Below, piece after piece: positions 49,830 through 59,163 of a DNA stretch of 64,000 nt. A program made the position numbers and the translations under genes. The stretch lies in contig JAZNXD010000018.1 of NCBI GenBank assembly GCA_045593685.1, positions 41,247 through 105,246 on the forward strand, read 5' to 3'. Each line of letters begins with the position of its first letter. The stretch's first letter is position 1. This DNA is from Candidatus Enterousia sp. (GTDB taxonomy: Bacteria > Pseudomonadota > Alphaproteobacteria > Rs-D84). The notes beneath the pieces were generated by a model that was not told where the DNA came from, searched no databases, and was given only the letters and a program-made list of their open reading frames with translations.

Positions 49830-50249
49830 TTATTTAACTGTTGTTGTGGCGTTACGGTTCCATTTCCAAACTTCTTCACCGGAACCTTTAACCAATGGGC
49901 GTTCTTTACCATAAGAGATAGTAGAGATACGTTTTGCATCAATACCATCGTTTACGATAACGTTTTTCGCCGCATTTGCACGACGTGCGCCCAGGGCTAA
50001 GTTGTATTCTGTTGAACCACGTTCGTCACAGTTACCTGCGATTTGGATTTTCACATCTTCGTGGTTTTTCATATACAAAGCCTGACCCAACAGGTTGTTT
50101 TTTGCATCTTCGCTGATTTCAGAAGAATTGAAACCAAAGAATACGCGCTGATCGTTCAAATCTGCCGGTTCTACAATTTTAGAAGAGCCGCCACACGCTG
50201 CCAACAGGCCAGCTACGCCCGCCAACAAAGCAAAGTTTTTAATTTTCAT
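49830..50249 (-). CDS. pal: Peptidoglycan-associated lipoprotein Pal (OmpA-like)
   Basis: Lipobox LLAACGGS. OmpA C-terminal motif NLALGARRANAAKN. Confidence 0.85.
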   Translation of the reverse strand: MKIKNFALLAGVAGLLAACGGSSKIVEPADLNDQRVFFGFNSSEISEDAKNNLLGQALYMKNHEDVKIQIAGNCDERGSTEYNLALGARRANAAKNVIVNDGIDAKRISTISYGKERPLVKGSGEEVWKWNRNATTTVK

Positions 50250-50326
50250 GAAAATACTCCCTTGTGTTTCTGTTGCTCATGTTCTATTTTACTATAAAAC
50301 GTTTGAATTATCAAGGAAAAACAAAA

Positions 50327-51103
50327 ATGTCTGATTATAACCTGCGTGATCTTGAATTGGCGGGGATACATTGGGAATTGGCGGATATGCCAATTTCAAT
50401 GCCAAAGCCCGAATCAAAACAGGATATTATTACGCCCACGCGTCCAACCGCGGCGACCGTTATGGCCGAAATAGGGCGTGTTGCAACATCTGTGGTTCCG
50501 CCAATCGCGCCCGCCCAAACGGTATCGGTTGATACGGTTCGTGCCATGGCATCGCGCCCCAATGATATGGCGACATTAAACCGCATGATTGATGAATTTA
50601 ATCATCCACTGCGTGCCACCGCAACAAATACCGTGTTGCCACACGTGGGGCAGGGCGGTTTGGTGATTCTGACCGACATACCCGGCACAGAAGACGATGC
50701 AACGGGGCATATATTGTCCGGTGCAACGGGTGAATTGATGGATAAAATGTTGGCGGCCATTGGATTGGGACGCCAAAACGTATCGATTATTCCCATGGTG
50801 TTTTGGCGTACACCGGGTGGGCGCACGCCTTCGCGTGATGAATTGGATTTATCGCGTCCTTTTGTGGACAGGGCGCTGGAACTGTTAAAACCGCGCGTAA
50901 TTTTGACGCTTGGTACCCTGCCTGCGACCGAGGTTGCCGACATAAACCTGGTAAAATCACATGGCGTACCCGTGACCATGGATAACGGTGCCGTTTTAGT
51001 GCCGATATTTCATCCAAATTTCCTGATATTAAAGCCCGCTGCCAAACGCGATGTGTGGACGGCGTTGCAAAATGTTCAAAATATCTTGAAAAGTGCCGAA
51101 TAA
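50327..51103 (+). CDS. Uracil-DNA glycosylase superfamily (family-4-like) protein
   Basis: LTDIPGTEDDATGHILSGATGELMDKML parallels the family-4 UDG motif GExPGxxEDxxGxPFxGxxGxLLxxML, but with E replaced by D-I. AAGGAAA ribosome-binding site. Confidence 0.5.
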   Translation: MSDYNLRDLELAGIHWELADMPISMPKPESKQDIITPTRPTAATVMAEIGRVATSVVPPIAPAQTVSVDTVRAMASRPNDMATLNRMIDEFNHPLRATATNTVLPHVGQGGLVILTDIPGTEDDATGHILSGATGELMDKMLAAIGLGRQNVSIIPMVFWRTPGGRTPSRDELDLSRPFVDRALELLKPRVILTLGTLPATEVADINLVKSHGVPVTMDNGAVLVPIFHPNFLILKPAAKRDVWTALQNVQNILKSAE

Positions 51104-51152
51104 TAGTTAATAATTTGCGTATATTGTAATAAAGGAGCCTACAATTAAACCT

Positions 51153-51692
51153 ATGATTAACCGTGATAATCGTCGTGACGCCGGTCCACGCATGAATAAC
51201 AAAATATTTGCCAAGTCTGTCCAGGTAATCAGTGCAGACGGCCAAAATTTGGGCGTTATGCCCACGCCCCAGGCGTTGCAAATGGCAATGGATATGGGGT
51301 TGGATTTGGTTGAAATGAACGCCAATGCGCCCGTTCCAATTACGAAAATAATGGATTATGGGAAATTCAAATACGAACAGAAAAAGCGCGCATCCGAAGC
51401 ACGCAAGAATCAAAAAACAACTGAATTAAAAGAAGTTTGGATTAAGCCTTTCATAGAAGAAAACGATTTGAACATCAAATTGAAAAAGGTTTTTGAATTC
51501 CTGGCCGAAGGAAACAAGGTAAAAATTTCCGTAATGACCAAGGGGTCTAAAAAGGTTTTGGCGCGTGGCAAAGACGCAGTGCCAGAATTGTTTGCCCGTG
51601 TAATTGAAATTGTTGGTGAACGTGGTTCCCTGGAATCTAAGTCCAAACCGGACGAAAGAACCAAGTCAATTATTATTGCGCCTGCGAAATAA
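51153..51692 (+). CDS. infC: Translation initiation factor IF-3
   Basis: IF3 N- and C-domain sequences (e.g. KEVWIKP). AAAGGAG lies upstream, but 15 nt from the ATG. Confidence 0.85.
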   Translation: MINRDNRRDAGPRMNNKIFAKSVQVISADGQNLGVMPTPQALQMAMDMGLDLVEMNANAPVPITKIMDYGKFKYEQKKRASEARKNQKTTELKEVWIKPFIEENDLNIKLKKVFEFLAEGNKVKISVMTKGSKKVLARGKDAVPELFARVIEIVGERGSLESKSKPDERTKSIIIAPAK

Positions 51693-51722
51693 TTAATCCC
51701 CCATTTGGGGGATTTTTTTTAT
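51693..51722. terminator. Bidirectional terminator ATCCCCCatttGGGGGAT
   Basis: 7-bp stem followed by T8. Confidence 0.65.
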
Positions 51723-52597
51723 TCTTCTCCAAAGTCCATATCGCGCAACTTTTCTGCGCGTGGTGCAATCTTAGATATAGATGTTTGTAATTGGTCTATG
51801 TCTGTTTGTGCCTGGGCAAAGTGTCGTGAAACATTTACCGCACGATCGTTTAATCGTCCCAAATCGGTCAACAACATATCCAATTCCTTTTTTATTTTTG
51901 CCGCCACGCGTTTGATTTTTATATCCGACAAAACCGCCCGGATTGTATTCAACGTCGCCCACAAAGTTGACGGGGACACGATAAAGACACGCCTGCGTGC
52001 GGCATATTCAATCGTCGCCGGAAATTCACGATGCAGAACCTCGAAGATTGATTCTGATGCGATAAACATCATCGCGGATTCCGCAGTTTGACCGGGGATA
52101 ATGTATTTTTCACCGATTGCATCAATATGTTTACGCACGTCCAGTTCAAATTGTTTTTTTGCCATACCATCGTTTGCATCTGTTACCATGCGGTTATAAC
52201 TTTCCAATGGGAATTTGCTGTCTATTATCATATCACCCGGCGGATATGGCAGACGTATTATACAATCCGGTCGTACCCCTGTGTCCAATACGGATTGAAA
52301 AGCATATGTTTCCGGCGGCATAATATCACGCACCAAATCTTCCAGTTGCCTTTCGCCAAAGGTTCCGCGTGCCTGTTTATTTCCCATCAGGATGTTTTTA
52401 AAATTCGCAATGTCACCACTAATATTTTTTAATTCAATGGCATTTTGGCTAAGTGCGCCCAATCTTTCCGCCAATCTTTCGCGCAGACGTGCATTATCTT
52501 CACGCAATGCCGATATATCAACCGTTGGGCGTCGCATTAAAATTGCCAATAATAATAAAATGATAATAAACAATAACACAAAAATATAAGTTGTCAT
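51719..52597 (-). CDS. rmuC: DNA recombination protein RmuC
   Basis: N-terminal transmembrane segment plus a coiled coil. GERQLEDLV and a C-terminal nuclease-like region. Confidence 0.75.
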   Translation of the reverse strand: MTTYIFVLLFIIILLLLAILMRRPTVDISALREDNARLRERLAERLGALSQNAIELKNISGDIANFKNILMGNKQARGTFGERQLEDLVRDIMPPETYAFQSVLDTGVRPDCIIRLPYPPGDMIIDSKFPLESYNRMVTDANDGMAKKQFELDVRKHIDAIGEKYIIPGQTAESAMMFIASESIFEVLHREFPATIEYAARRRVFIVSPSTLWATLNTIRAVLSDIKIKRVAAKIKKELDMLLTDLGRLNDRAVNVSRHFAQAQTDIDQLQTSISKIAPRAEKLRDMDFGEE

Positions 52598-52639
52598 TTC
52601 GCTTTCCTTTGCTATTATTTATTATAAAGGGAATAAAAT

Positions 52640-53143
52640 ATGTTGCAAATGAAACTTTGTGGCGATGTGGTTTTGCGTACGCCGTGCGCCCCCATCGACG
52701 ATATTTCGCCGGAATTGTTATCGACCATGGACGAAATGGTTGAAATGATGCGTGCACAAAATGGCGTTGGTCTGGCCGCGCCCCAGGTGGGAATTTTGGG
52801 ACGGTTTTTGGTTATGATGGACCCTGATTCCGAAACAGTTTATCGCATGATAAATCCGCGCATTGTATCATATGGCACGGACAAGGCTATTATGGAAGAA
52901 GGTTGCCTGTCTGTTTTGGGGCATGACGGTTTGCCGGTTTATGCAAATGTTACGCGCCCATCTTCGGTTGTTGTCGAATGGACCGACGAACGCGGTGAAA
53001 ACAAAATGGCCGAAATGCGCGGTCTGCCGGCCCGCATTGTGCAACACGAAACGGATCATCTGGATGGTAAATTATTTGTGGACTATCTGTCACCACTGCG
53101 TCGCGAAATGTTAATGCGCAAAGTAAAAAGATTAAAGATATGA
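52640..53143 (+). CDS. def: Peptide deformylase
   Basis: Motifs GVGLAAPQ, EGCLS and HETDHL. Confidence 0.9.
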   Translation: MLQMKLCGDVVLRTPCAPIDDISPELLSTMDEMVEMMRAQNGVGLAAPQVGILGRFLVMMDPDSETVYRMINPRIVSYGTDKAIMEEGCLSVLGHDGLPVYANVTRPSSVVVEWTDERGENKMAEMRGLPARIVQHETDHLDGKLFVDYLSPLRREMLMRKVKRLKI

Positions 53144-53946
53144 AATTAGTATTGATGGGAACGAACGCCTTTGTTGTTCCAATTTTTGATGCAATAAAAA
53201 ACGCCGGTCATGAAATTGTGGCGGTCTTTACACGTGCGCCAAAACCCACCGGTCGCAAACGCATACTGACGCCTTCACCGGTCCATATCTGGGCAAATGA
53301 AAACGGATTAACGGTTCATACAAACATTAATGAATATAATTATACGCCTGATATGGTTGTTGTGATTTCGTATGGTGTGATATTACGTGATAATGTTTTA
53401 AATTCTGCGCCGGTTATAAATATTCACCCCAGTTTGTTACCCAAATACCGTGGCCCGTCGCCAATTCGCACGGCAATTTATAATGGCGACAAAACATCTG
53501 CGGTGTGTTTAATGGACGTAACGCCCGAACTGGATGCGGGGGACGTGCACATATGTCGCGAATTTGAAATTGATATCAATGACACAAATGAATCCGTCGA
53601 AGAACGTGTGTCGCAAATTGGTGCAGATATGCTGATTGAATATTTGCAAAAACCATCTGCATATCCCGGCACCCCGCAAAGTGGCACCCCAACATTTACA
53701 CATAAGTGGACGGGTGACGATGAAATAATCGATTGGTCGCGTACACCACGTGAAATTCATAATCAGATTCGTGCGCTGGGGTGTGGTCGTACCCAAATAA
53801 ATGGCATTGATGTCAAGATTTTAAAGACGCGCCTGAACAACGATAATTTGGAAATATTGGAAATTCAGCCCGCCGGGAAAAAGCCAATGGATTGGAAAAG
53901 TTTTACCAACGGTCTGCGTGGCGCAGAAATCAAATATGGGAATTAA
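53140..53946 (+). CDS. fmt: Methionyl-tRNA formyltransferase (short, 268 aa)
   Basis: N-terminal formyltransferase domain with SLLPKYRGPSPI. Overlaps the def stop. Confidence 0.85.
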   Translation: MKLVLMGTNAFVVPIFDAIKNAGHEIVAVFTRAPKPTGRKRILTPSPVHIWANENGLTVHTNINEYNYTPDMVVVISYGVILRDNVLNSAPVINIHPSLLPKYRGPSPIRTAIYNGDKTSAVCLMDVTPELDAGDVHICREFEIDINDTNESVEERVSQIGADMLIEYLQKPSAYPGTPQSGTPTFTHKWTGDDEIIDWSRTPREIHNQIRALGCGRTQINGIDVKILKTRLNNDNLEILEIQPAGKKPMDWKSFTNGLRGAEIKYGN

Positions 53947-53958
53947 AAAAATACACAA

Positions 53959-54690
53959 ATGACACGATATAAACTAACACTTGAATACGATGGCACCGAC
54001 CTGATTGGCTGGCAGGAAAATCGCCAGGGACCATCTGTTCAGTCTATTATGCGCGATGCGATTGAAGGGTTCTGTGGCACGCGCGCGGATGTTGTTGCGG
54101 CCGGTCGTACCGATGCGGGGGTGCACGCCACCGCAATGACTGCGCATGCGGACATTCCCGGCGAACACGATGCCGAAACCGTTATGCGCGCGCTGAATTT
54201 TTATTTGGTGGGCAAACCCGTCGCGGTATTGGATTGTGCGGTTGCGTCCGACGAATTTCATGCGCGATTTGATTGTGTGGCCCGTCACTATAAATATGTG
54301 GTATTAAATCGTGGTCCATCACCCGTATTGGCGAAAAATCGTGTCTATTGGGTGCCACGAAAATTGGATGTTAATGCAATGCGCACGGCCGCCGAAAAGT
54401 TAATTGGCAATCACGATTTTACCAGTTTTCGCGCATCCGAGTGTCAGGCAAAATCACCCATTAAAACATTGGATAAAATCACAATCACACAAAATGGCGA
54501 TGAAATAATATTTGAATTTTCTGCGCGTTCATTTTTGCATCATATGGTGCGAAATATTGTGGGCACATTGATTGAAATCGGATTGGGCAAACCATACGAT
54601 ATTGATGAAATTTTGTCGGCAAAAAATCGCAGCGCGGCGGGCCCAACGGCGCCTGCATCGGGCCTGTACTTTATCCGCGCAGATTATTAA
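53959..54690 (+). CDS. truA: tRNA pseudouridine(38-40) synthase TruA
   Basis: Catalytic-Asp region GRTDAGVHA. Confidence 0.9.
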   Translation: MTRYKLTLEYDGTDLIGWQENRQGPSVQSIMRDAIEGFCGTRADVVAAGRTDAGVHATAMTAHADIPGEHDAETVMRALNFYLVGKPVAVLDCAVASDEFHARFDCVARHYKYVVLNRGPSPVLAKNRVYWVPRKLDVNAMRTAAEKLIGNHDFTSFRASECQAKSPIKTLDKITITQNGDEIIFEFSARSFLHHMVRNIVGTLIEIGLGKPYDIDEILSAKNRSAAGPTAPASGLYFIRADY

Positions 54691-54698
54691 TTACGCAA

Positions 54699-55520
54699 TC
54701 AATCGTTTAACCAATCTTGGTCGGGACATAAATCTCTTCGTGTCAGATATTGCTTTAATTCTTGTATTGTACCATTTGTTCCCTTGCCTCCATCATAATG
54801 TACAACCTGACCATTGTTAAATAATTTACAACAAAAGTACCATGTTGTTGGTTTTTTTGAATCTGCCTCTATCGCAATAAGGCATTTTCTTGAATGTAAA
54901 TCACAGTCAAAATATCTGTTTTTTTCGCCCCCGATAGACCGAAATATTTGATGATTAAAACAGCGATTGTACAGTTCTTCTTGTAATTCTTTCTCGGTTA
55001 TTTTGCGTTTGAAATGCCCATCTTGACCAAGCTTTTGCCAGACTTTATCTTTGCATATTATTGTTTCGGTTGAAACATCATAGTCAGTGGCGCCATATCG
55101 ATTTGTATGTTCGATTGTATGGAGCCTACCTTCGGATTCACAAGCTTCACCAACAACGGGACTGCAAACAGTATGTTCTGGATTTTGTTCACATTCTTTT
55201 AGATGCTTGTCTTGTTCTTTAATCAGTTGAACTGCTAAATCTGCGCATCCTGCATAAATATCGTCATCTTTCATTCCTGTGTTGCACTGAAATAAGGCAT
55301 ACATACAATTCAGGCCGAATTCGTATGCAGAATATCCCGCAGATGGTTTCCATATGTTATTCCTAAAATCATCAAAACAATCCATTGCTTTTTTTGGTAA
55401 TATCTTGCTTTGCAGGGTTTGGGCAACGGCACGTGGGTACCAATAAACAAAGTCTTCCATATCTATTGCGTAACAATTAAAGGCAAACAAACACGTACAA
55501 ACAAATAAAAAAAATCTCAT
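54699..55520 (-). CDS. Secreted Cys-rich hypothetical protein (273 aa)
   Basis: Signal peptide MRFFLFVCTCLFAFNCYA. About 16 Cys. Very strong ribosome-binding site GGGGGGGAG. Preceded closely by a terminator hairpin. Confidence 0.5.
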   Translation of the reverse strand: MRFFLFVCTCLFAFNCYAIDMEDFVYWYPRAVAQTLQSKILPKKAMDCFDDFRNNIWKPSAGYSAYEFGLNCMYALFQCNTGMKDDDIYAGCADLAVQLIKEQDKHLKECEQNPEHTVCSPVVGEACESEGRLHTIEHTNRYGATDYDVSTETIICKDKVWQKLGQDGHFKRKITEKELQEELYNRCFNHQIFRSIGGEKNRYFDCDLHSRKCLIAIEADSKKPTTWYFCCKLFNNGQVVHYDGGKGTNGTIQELKQYLTRRDLCPDQDWLND

Positions 55521-55532
55521 TATCTCCCCCCC

Positions 55533-55568
55533 ATATAAAAACAGACCGCCACAGGATATCTGGCGGTC
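55533..55568 (-). terminator. Intrinsic terminator (GACCGCCA...TGGCGGTC plus a T tract on the minus strand) 3 nt upstream of the Cys-rich gene's ribosome-binding site
   Basis: 8-bp stem with a 9-nt loop, followed on the minus strand by TTTTTAT. Confidence 0.55.
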
Positions 55569-55820
55569 GGGGAGTTGGTAATCAGTATATCATTGATTCT
55601 GTCGTTTTCGGGTTGCCCCTATTGTATGACGAACAGCCCCCCGACTTATACAGTCAGGGATAAATAACGATACAAAACCACAGGAAGCATATCGTATTAT
55701 TACATGTTCTTTGATTCTGTACCGGATATACTGGGCTACCACAGCCCCGAACCCATATCCCTATGGATTCAAGACAAATTTTATCATAAATACGTAAAAA
55801 AACAAATTATATTATCCTTC

Positions 55821-57767
55821 TTAATTCCATCGCCGATTGCGTACGGTATACTTAACGTCGCCATTTGGATAAATCACAAATCCACCACGCAGCAATTTAT
55901 GCGCGCACATATTTGAATCTATGTCATAGTATGAAACGATATACCTGATACTGTCGTCACGACAAAGTGTATCGATATTTTTCATCAGTGGCACAAACTT
56001 TTGAACATATACAATATTCCCATATCTATAAACCCCGTTTTCATGTTTGCGCCGGCGATTTGGTGTGCGTTGCGCTTCGCCATTAATTTGTTTCCACGTA
56101 TCAAATGCAAAATAGTGATTGGATGCGCGTGACTTGTTAAATTCCAGTTTTCCATCGTCACGCACAAATGCCACCAATTCATTATCATATGTTGCATAGA
56201 ATATTGGTCGTGGCGTTGTGTATATAATAACTGTGCCGATGCAGGAAAACACGCCAAATAAAATATAATTTACCCGAATTTTTATATTCTTGATTAATAT
56301 CAATGATATCAGCCCCATTATTAAAAACATAATCGCCATGTTTGAAACATGTGGGACGTTAATCATGGCGCCGGGCATATTGGAAATGTGTTCTGCGATA
56401 CAAAACAAATAATCATATATGTCGTGCGCCAACGCAACCGGGCCCGACATGCCAAACATTGCCCCGATAAAGACCAACGGCATAATAACAAAAGAAAACA
56501 CCGGCAACAAAATCAGATTCCCGACCAAACCATATATTGGAATTGCACCAAAATGCATTGCAACCAATGCGGCCGTAAATATCATCGCGACCAGTGATGT
56601 TAAGACACACGCATATATAATTTTTAAAAGTTTATTTTGTGGCATCTTGGGTTTAACAACATCATACAGCCATACCATCCCAAACACCGCCGCAAAGGAT
56701 AACTGAAAACCGGCCTGCATGACATAGTGTGGATTCATCATAAATACGACACAAAACACAATCGCAACATTGCGCAGTGAAATTGCGCTGCGCCCAAAAA
56801 TAAAGGCCAAAAATATTAATATGGTCATTAAAAATGCACGAATTGTTGCAACATCTGTCCCGGACAAGAATAAATAACCCATCAACCCGCACGCGGCGCA
56901 ACACATTGCCGGAATTTTTGCCGGTATGCGCCGTGTCATATACGGGACCGAACGAAATAAAAAATAGAATATTAAAAATATCCATCCGCCAACCAATGTC
57001 ATATGAAATCCACTGATTGACCACACGTGTCCTATGCCGGTTGCGTTCCATATTTGCGCATCTGATTTTGGTATCGCGCCCTTGTACCCCAACACCAACG
57101 TGTCAACCAAAAAAGAATCGGCCCTGTGGTGCATTGCATCGCGCAGGCTTTTTATGTTTGATTTGTTTGCGGGTGTAATAACAAGAATTTCATCCGCATA
57201 TCCCGTCGCGGTCAATTTATTAAAGTACGCCCACCTGGCATAGTCAAATGTTTCCGGCGCATATGCCGATGCCGGACGAAACAACCCTATTTTTGCGCGT
57301 ACCGTATCACCGGGCGCAGGCAGCGACACAGCATCCATGATTGACACACGAACATTTGCCACACCGTTCCCCGCATTAATATCCGTGGCATTAACAGCCA
57401 TCATAATTCGTGATTTTTCATCATTATATTCAATCGATTTTACCACACCTGTGATTTCAACATCGTGAATATTACGATTTAACCGTGGCGTATCAATAAT
57501 ATTGGTAAATACACCCGCATAGCAAAAACCAAACGCCAATAAAAATATTGCGCGCAATAACACAGGCGTCCGTTTGATAAATACGGCGCCACCACATATA
57601 AACATAAATGTCGCACACATAAAGGGGGGTGGTTCGTGATTGGATGTGAAATACAATGCGGCCCCACCCGCCAACAAAAACGGCACATACAGGAATAAAT
57701 TCTGATACTGATTATCCAACCAATCGCGCATATGAAAAGTATAGGAATTTATACGCGCGTATCGCAA
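55821..57767 (-). CDS. comEC: ComEC/Rec2 family DNA internalization channel protein
   Basis: Polytopic membrane protein. Competence-domain motif GIGHVWSISGFHMTLVGG. Confidence 0.8.
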   Translation of the reverse strand: MRYARINSYTFHMRDWLDNQYQNLFLYVPFLLAGGAALYFTSNHEPPPFMCATFMFICGGAVFIKRTPVLLRAIFLLAFGFCYAGVFTNIIDTPRLNRNIHDVEITGVVKSIEYNDEKSRIMMAVNATDINAGNGVANVRVSIMDAVSLPAPGDTVRAKIGLFRPASAYAPETFDYARWAYFNKLTATGYADEILVITPANKSNIKSLRDAMHHRADSFLVDTLVLGYKGAIPKSDAQIWNATGIGHVWSISGFHMTLVGGWIFLIFYFLFRSVPYMTRRIPAKIPAMCCAACGLMGYLFLSGTDVATIRAFLMTILIFLAFIFGRSAISLRNVAIVFCVVFMMNPHYVMQAGFQLSFAAVFGMVWLYDVVKPKMPQNKLLKIIYACVLTSLVAMIFTAALVAMHFGAIPIYGLVGNLILLPVFSFVIMPLVFIGAMFGMSGPVALAHDIYDYLFCIAEHISNMPGAMINVPHVSNMAIMFLIMGLISLILIKNIKIRVNYILFGVFSCIGTVIIYTTPRPIFYATYDNELVAFVRDDGKLEFNKSRASNHYFAFDTWKQINGEAQRTPNRRRKHENGVYRYGNIVYVQKFVPLMKNIDTLCRDDSIRYIVSYYDIDSNMCAHKLLRGGFVIYPNGDVKYTVRNRRWN

Positions 57768-58040
57768 TTATTTTTTGCTTAGTTTTCGTGGCTTTTTTGT
57801 TACTGGTGCATTGCCCAAGATTTGCATCTGCATTTTCATTATAATATTTTCCTTCTCGCGGATTTGTTTTAACAGTTCTTCGTTTTCCAGTTTGATTTTA
57901 TTTAATTCTGTTTTGCTAATAATCACCTGGCTTGCCATTTGTCGGCCACGCTTGTGGTTCAGAAAAAAAGCAAACAGCGCCCCCAAAATTGCGCCAATGG
58001 ACGCACTAAGAACATCAAAAAGTGTTTCCATGATAACCAT
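57768..58040 (-). CDS. Small membrane-anchored coiled-coil hypothetical protein
   Basis: One transmembrane segment followed by a charged helical tail. Abuts the comEC start. Confidence 0.4.
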   Translation of the reverse strand: MVIMETLFDVLSASIGAILGALFAFFLNHKRGRQMASQVIISKTELNKIKLENEELLKQIREKENIIMKMQMQILGNAPVTKKPRKLSKK

Positions 58041-58081
58041 AGAAACACTTTAACATTTTTCAGCCAATCAAATCATTGGGT

Positions 58082-58678
58082 TTATTTTCGCATGCCCGTT
58101 TTAGGATCAATCCAAACCTGTTCCAATGCGATTTCCATCATCGGCATGTCCGATTTGCTGTCCGAATATGCACGAACAACATTTGGAATAATTTTATTTT
58201 CACGTGCCCACTCGTCCATTTTATATACCTTGTTTTGCCCCCAGCACAAAAATTCATACTTCCATGGCTTTTTCTTGTCCATTTTGGAACAAAAGACCGC
58301 ATCAAAATTCATATCGCGCACCAACTGTGGCAACAGGTAATCCGGACTGGCCGAAATCATTAATACTTTGCGTCCTGCGTCCTTTTCGGCCTGGACACGT
58401 TCTTTGGCCCAACCAAATCTTTCGCGTTTGTGTTGTTTGATAAATCCCGGTGCAAATTTTTTGACCATATTTGGTGTCATAAAACGACGAATATTTTCAC
58501 GCCACCAAACACCACCCGGATTTATCCATTTGCAAACACCACACACCATCATCCACGGCAGGAACAGCCACGGTCGCACACTGCGACGCAGACAATATTT
58601 TGCAAATTCCACATTGGAATCATGCGCGGACAAAGTCCCATCAAAATCAAATAATACAACTTCTGTTTTTTTCAGCAT
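58082..58678 (-). CDS. HAD-IB family hydrolase
   Basis: HAD motif I FDFDGTL. Motif IV-like YSDSKSD. Confidence 0.7.
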   Translation of the reverse strand: MLKKTEVVLFDFDGTLSAHDSNVEFAKYCLRRSVRPWLFLPWMMVCGVCKWINPGGVWWRENIRRFMTPNMVKKFAPGFIKQHKRERFGWAKERVQAEKDAGRKVLMISASPDYLLPQLVRDMNFDAVFCSKMDKKKPWKYEFLCWGQNKVYKMDEWARENKIIPNVVRAYSDSKSDMPMMEIALEQVWIDPKTGMRK

Positions 58679-58693
58679 TTAAAATACCCCTGA

Positions 58694-59158
58694 TTATTTT
58701 CTGTTTTTTCTAAATTCGTCCAAGGACACCACACGTCCCGGGTCCGGCACGGTATCGGGTTTTTCATCCAGTGGCAATTCCATATCATTATCTGCGGCGG
58801 CCGTTTGTGGTTTGGGTTGGAACGATAACATAAAGTCCACCGATGGGTCCTTGAATTCCACCAGTGCGGAAAACGGCACACGTATAAAGAACGGACGTCC
58901 ATCAAAAGTTAACTGAACCCCAAATTCTTTATCAGATACATGCAGGTTATTATAAGAATATTGTAAAACAATCGTCATAACATCCGGATATCTGATTCGT
59001 AAAAAGTCCGGCAAAACAACACCCGCATCACGTGTGCGAAATGTTATAAAGAAATGCGTCCCATCCCCCAACCCGTTAAATTGTGCATGAATCAGTGCAT
59101 CTTTTACCACCGATTTTAATGCGTTATCCAATAAAGTTTGATAATCAATACGTGCCAT
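58694..59158 (-). CDS. sspB: ClpXP adaptor SspB (alpha-proteobacterial type)
   Basis: HFFITFRT and RYPDVMTIVLQYSY closely resemble Caulobacter SspB-alpha. Confidence 0.7.
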   Translation of the reverse strand: MARIDYQTLLDNALKSVVKDALIHAQFNGLGDGTHFFITFRTRDAGVVLPDFLRIRYPDVMTIVLQYSYNNLHVSDKEFGVQLTFDGRPFFIRVPFSALVEFKDPSVDFMLSFQPKPQTAAADNDMELPLDEKPDTVPDPGRVVSLDEFRKNRK

Positions 59159-59163
59159 AATTT

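Noticed and set aside
51131-51155. Unusual infC start context (checked for a non-AUG AUU/AUA start as in E. coli)
   Set aside because: No in-frame AUU or AUA lies between the SD and the ATG at 51153. The ATG with a long 15-nt spacing remains the best call.
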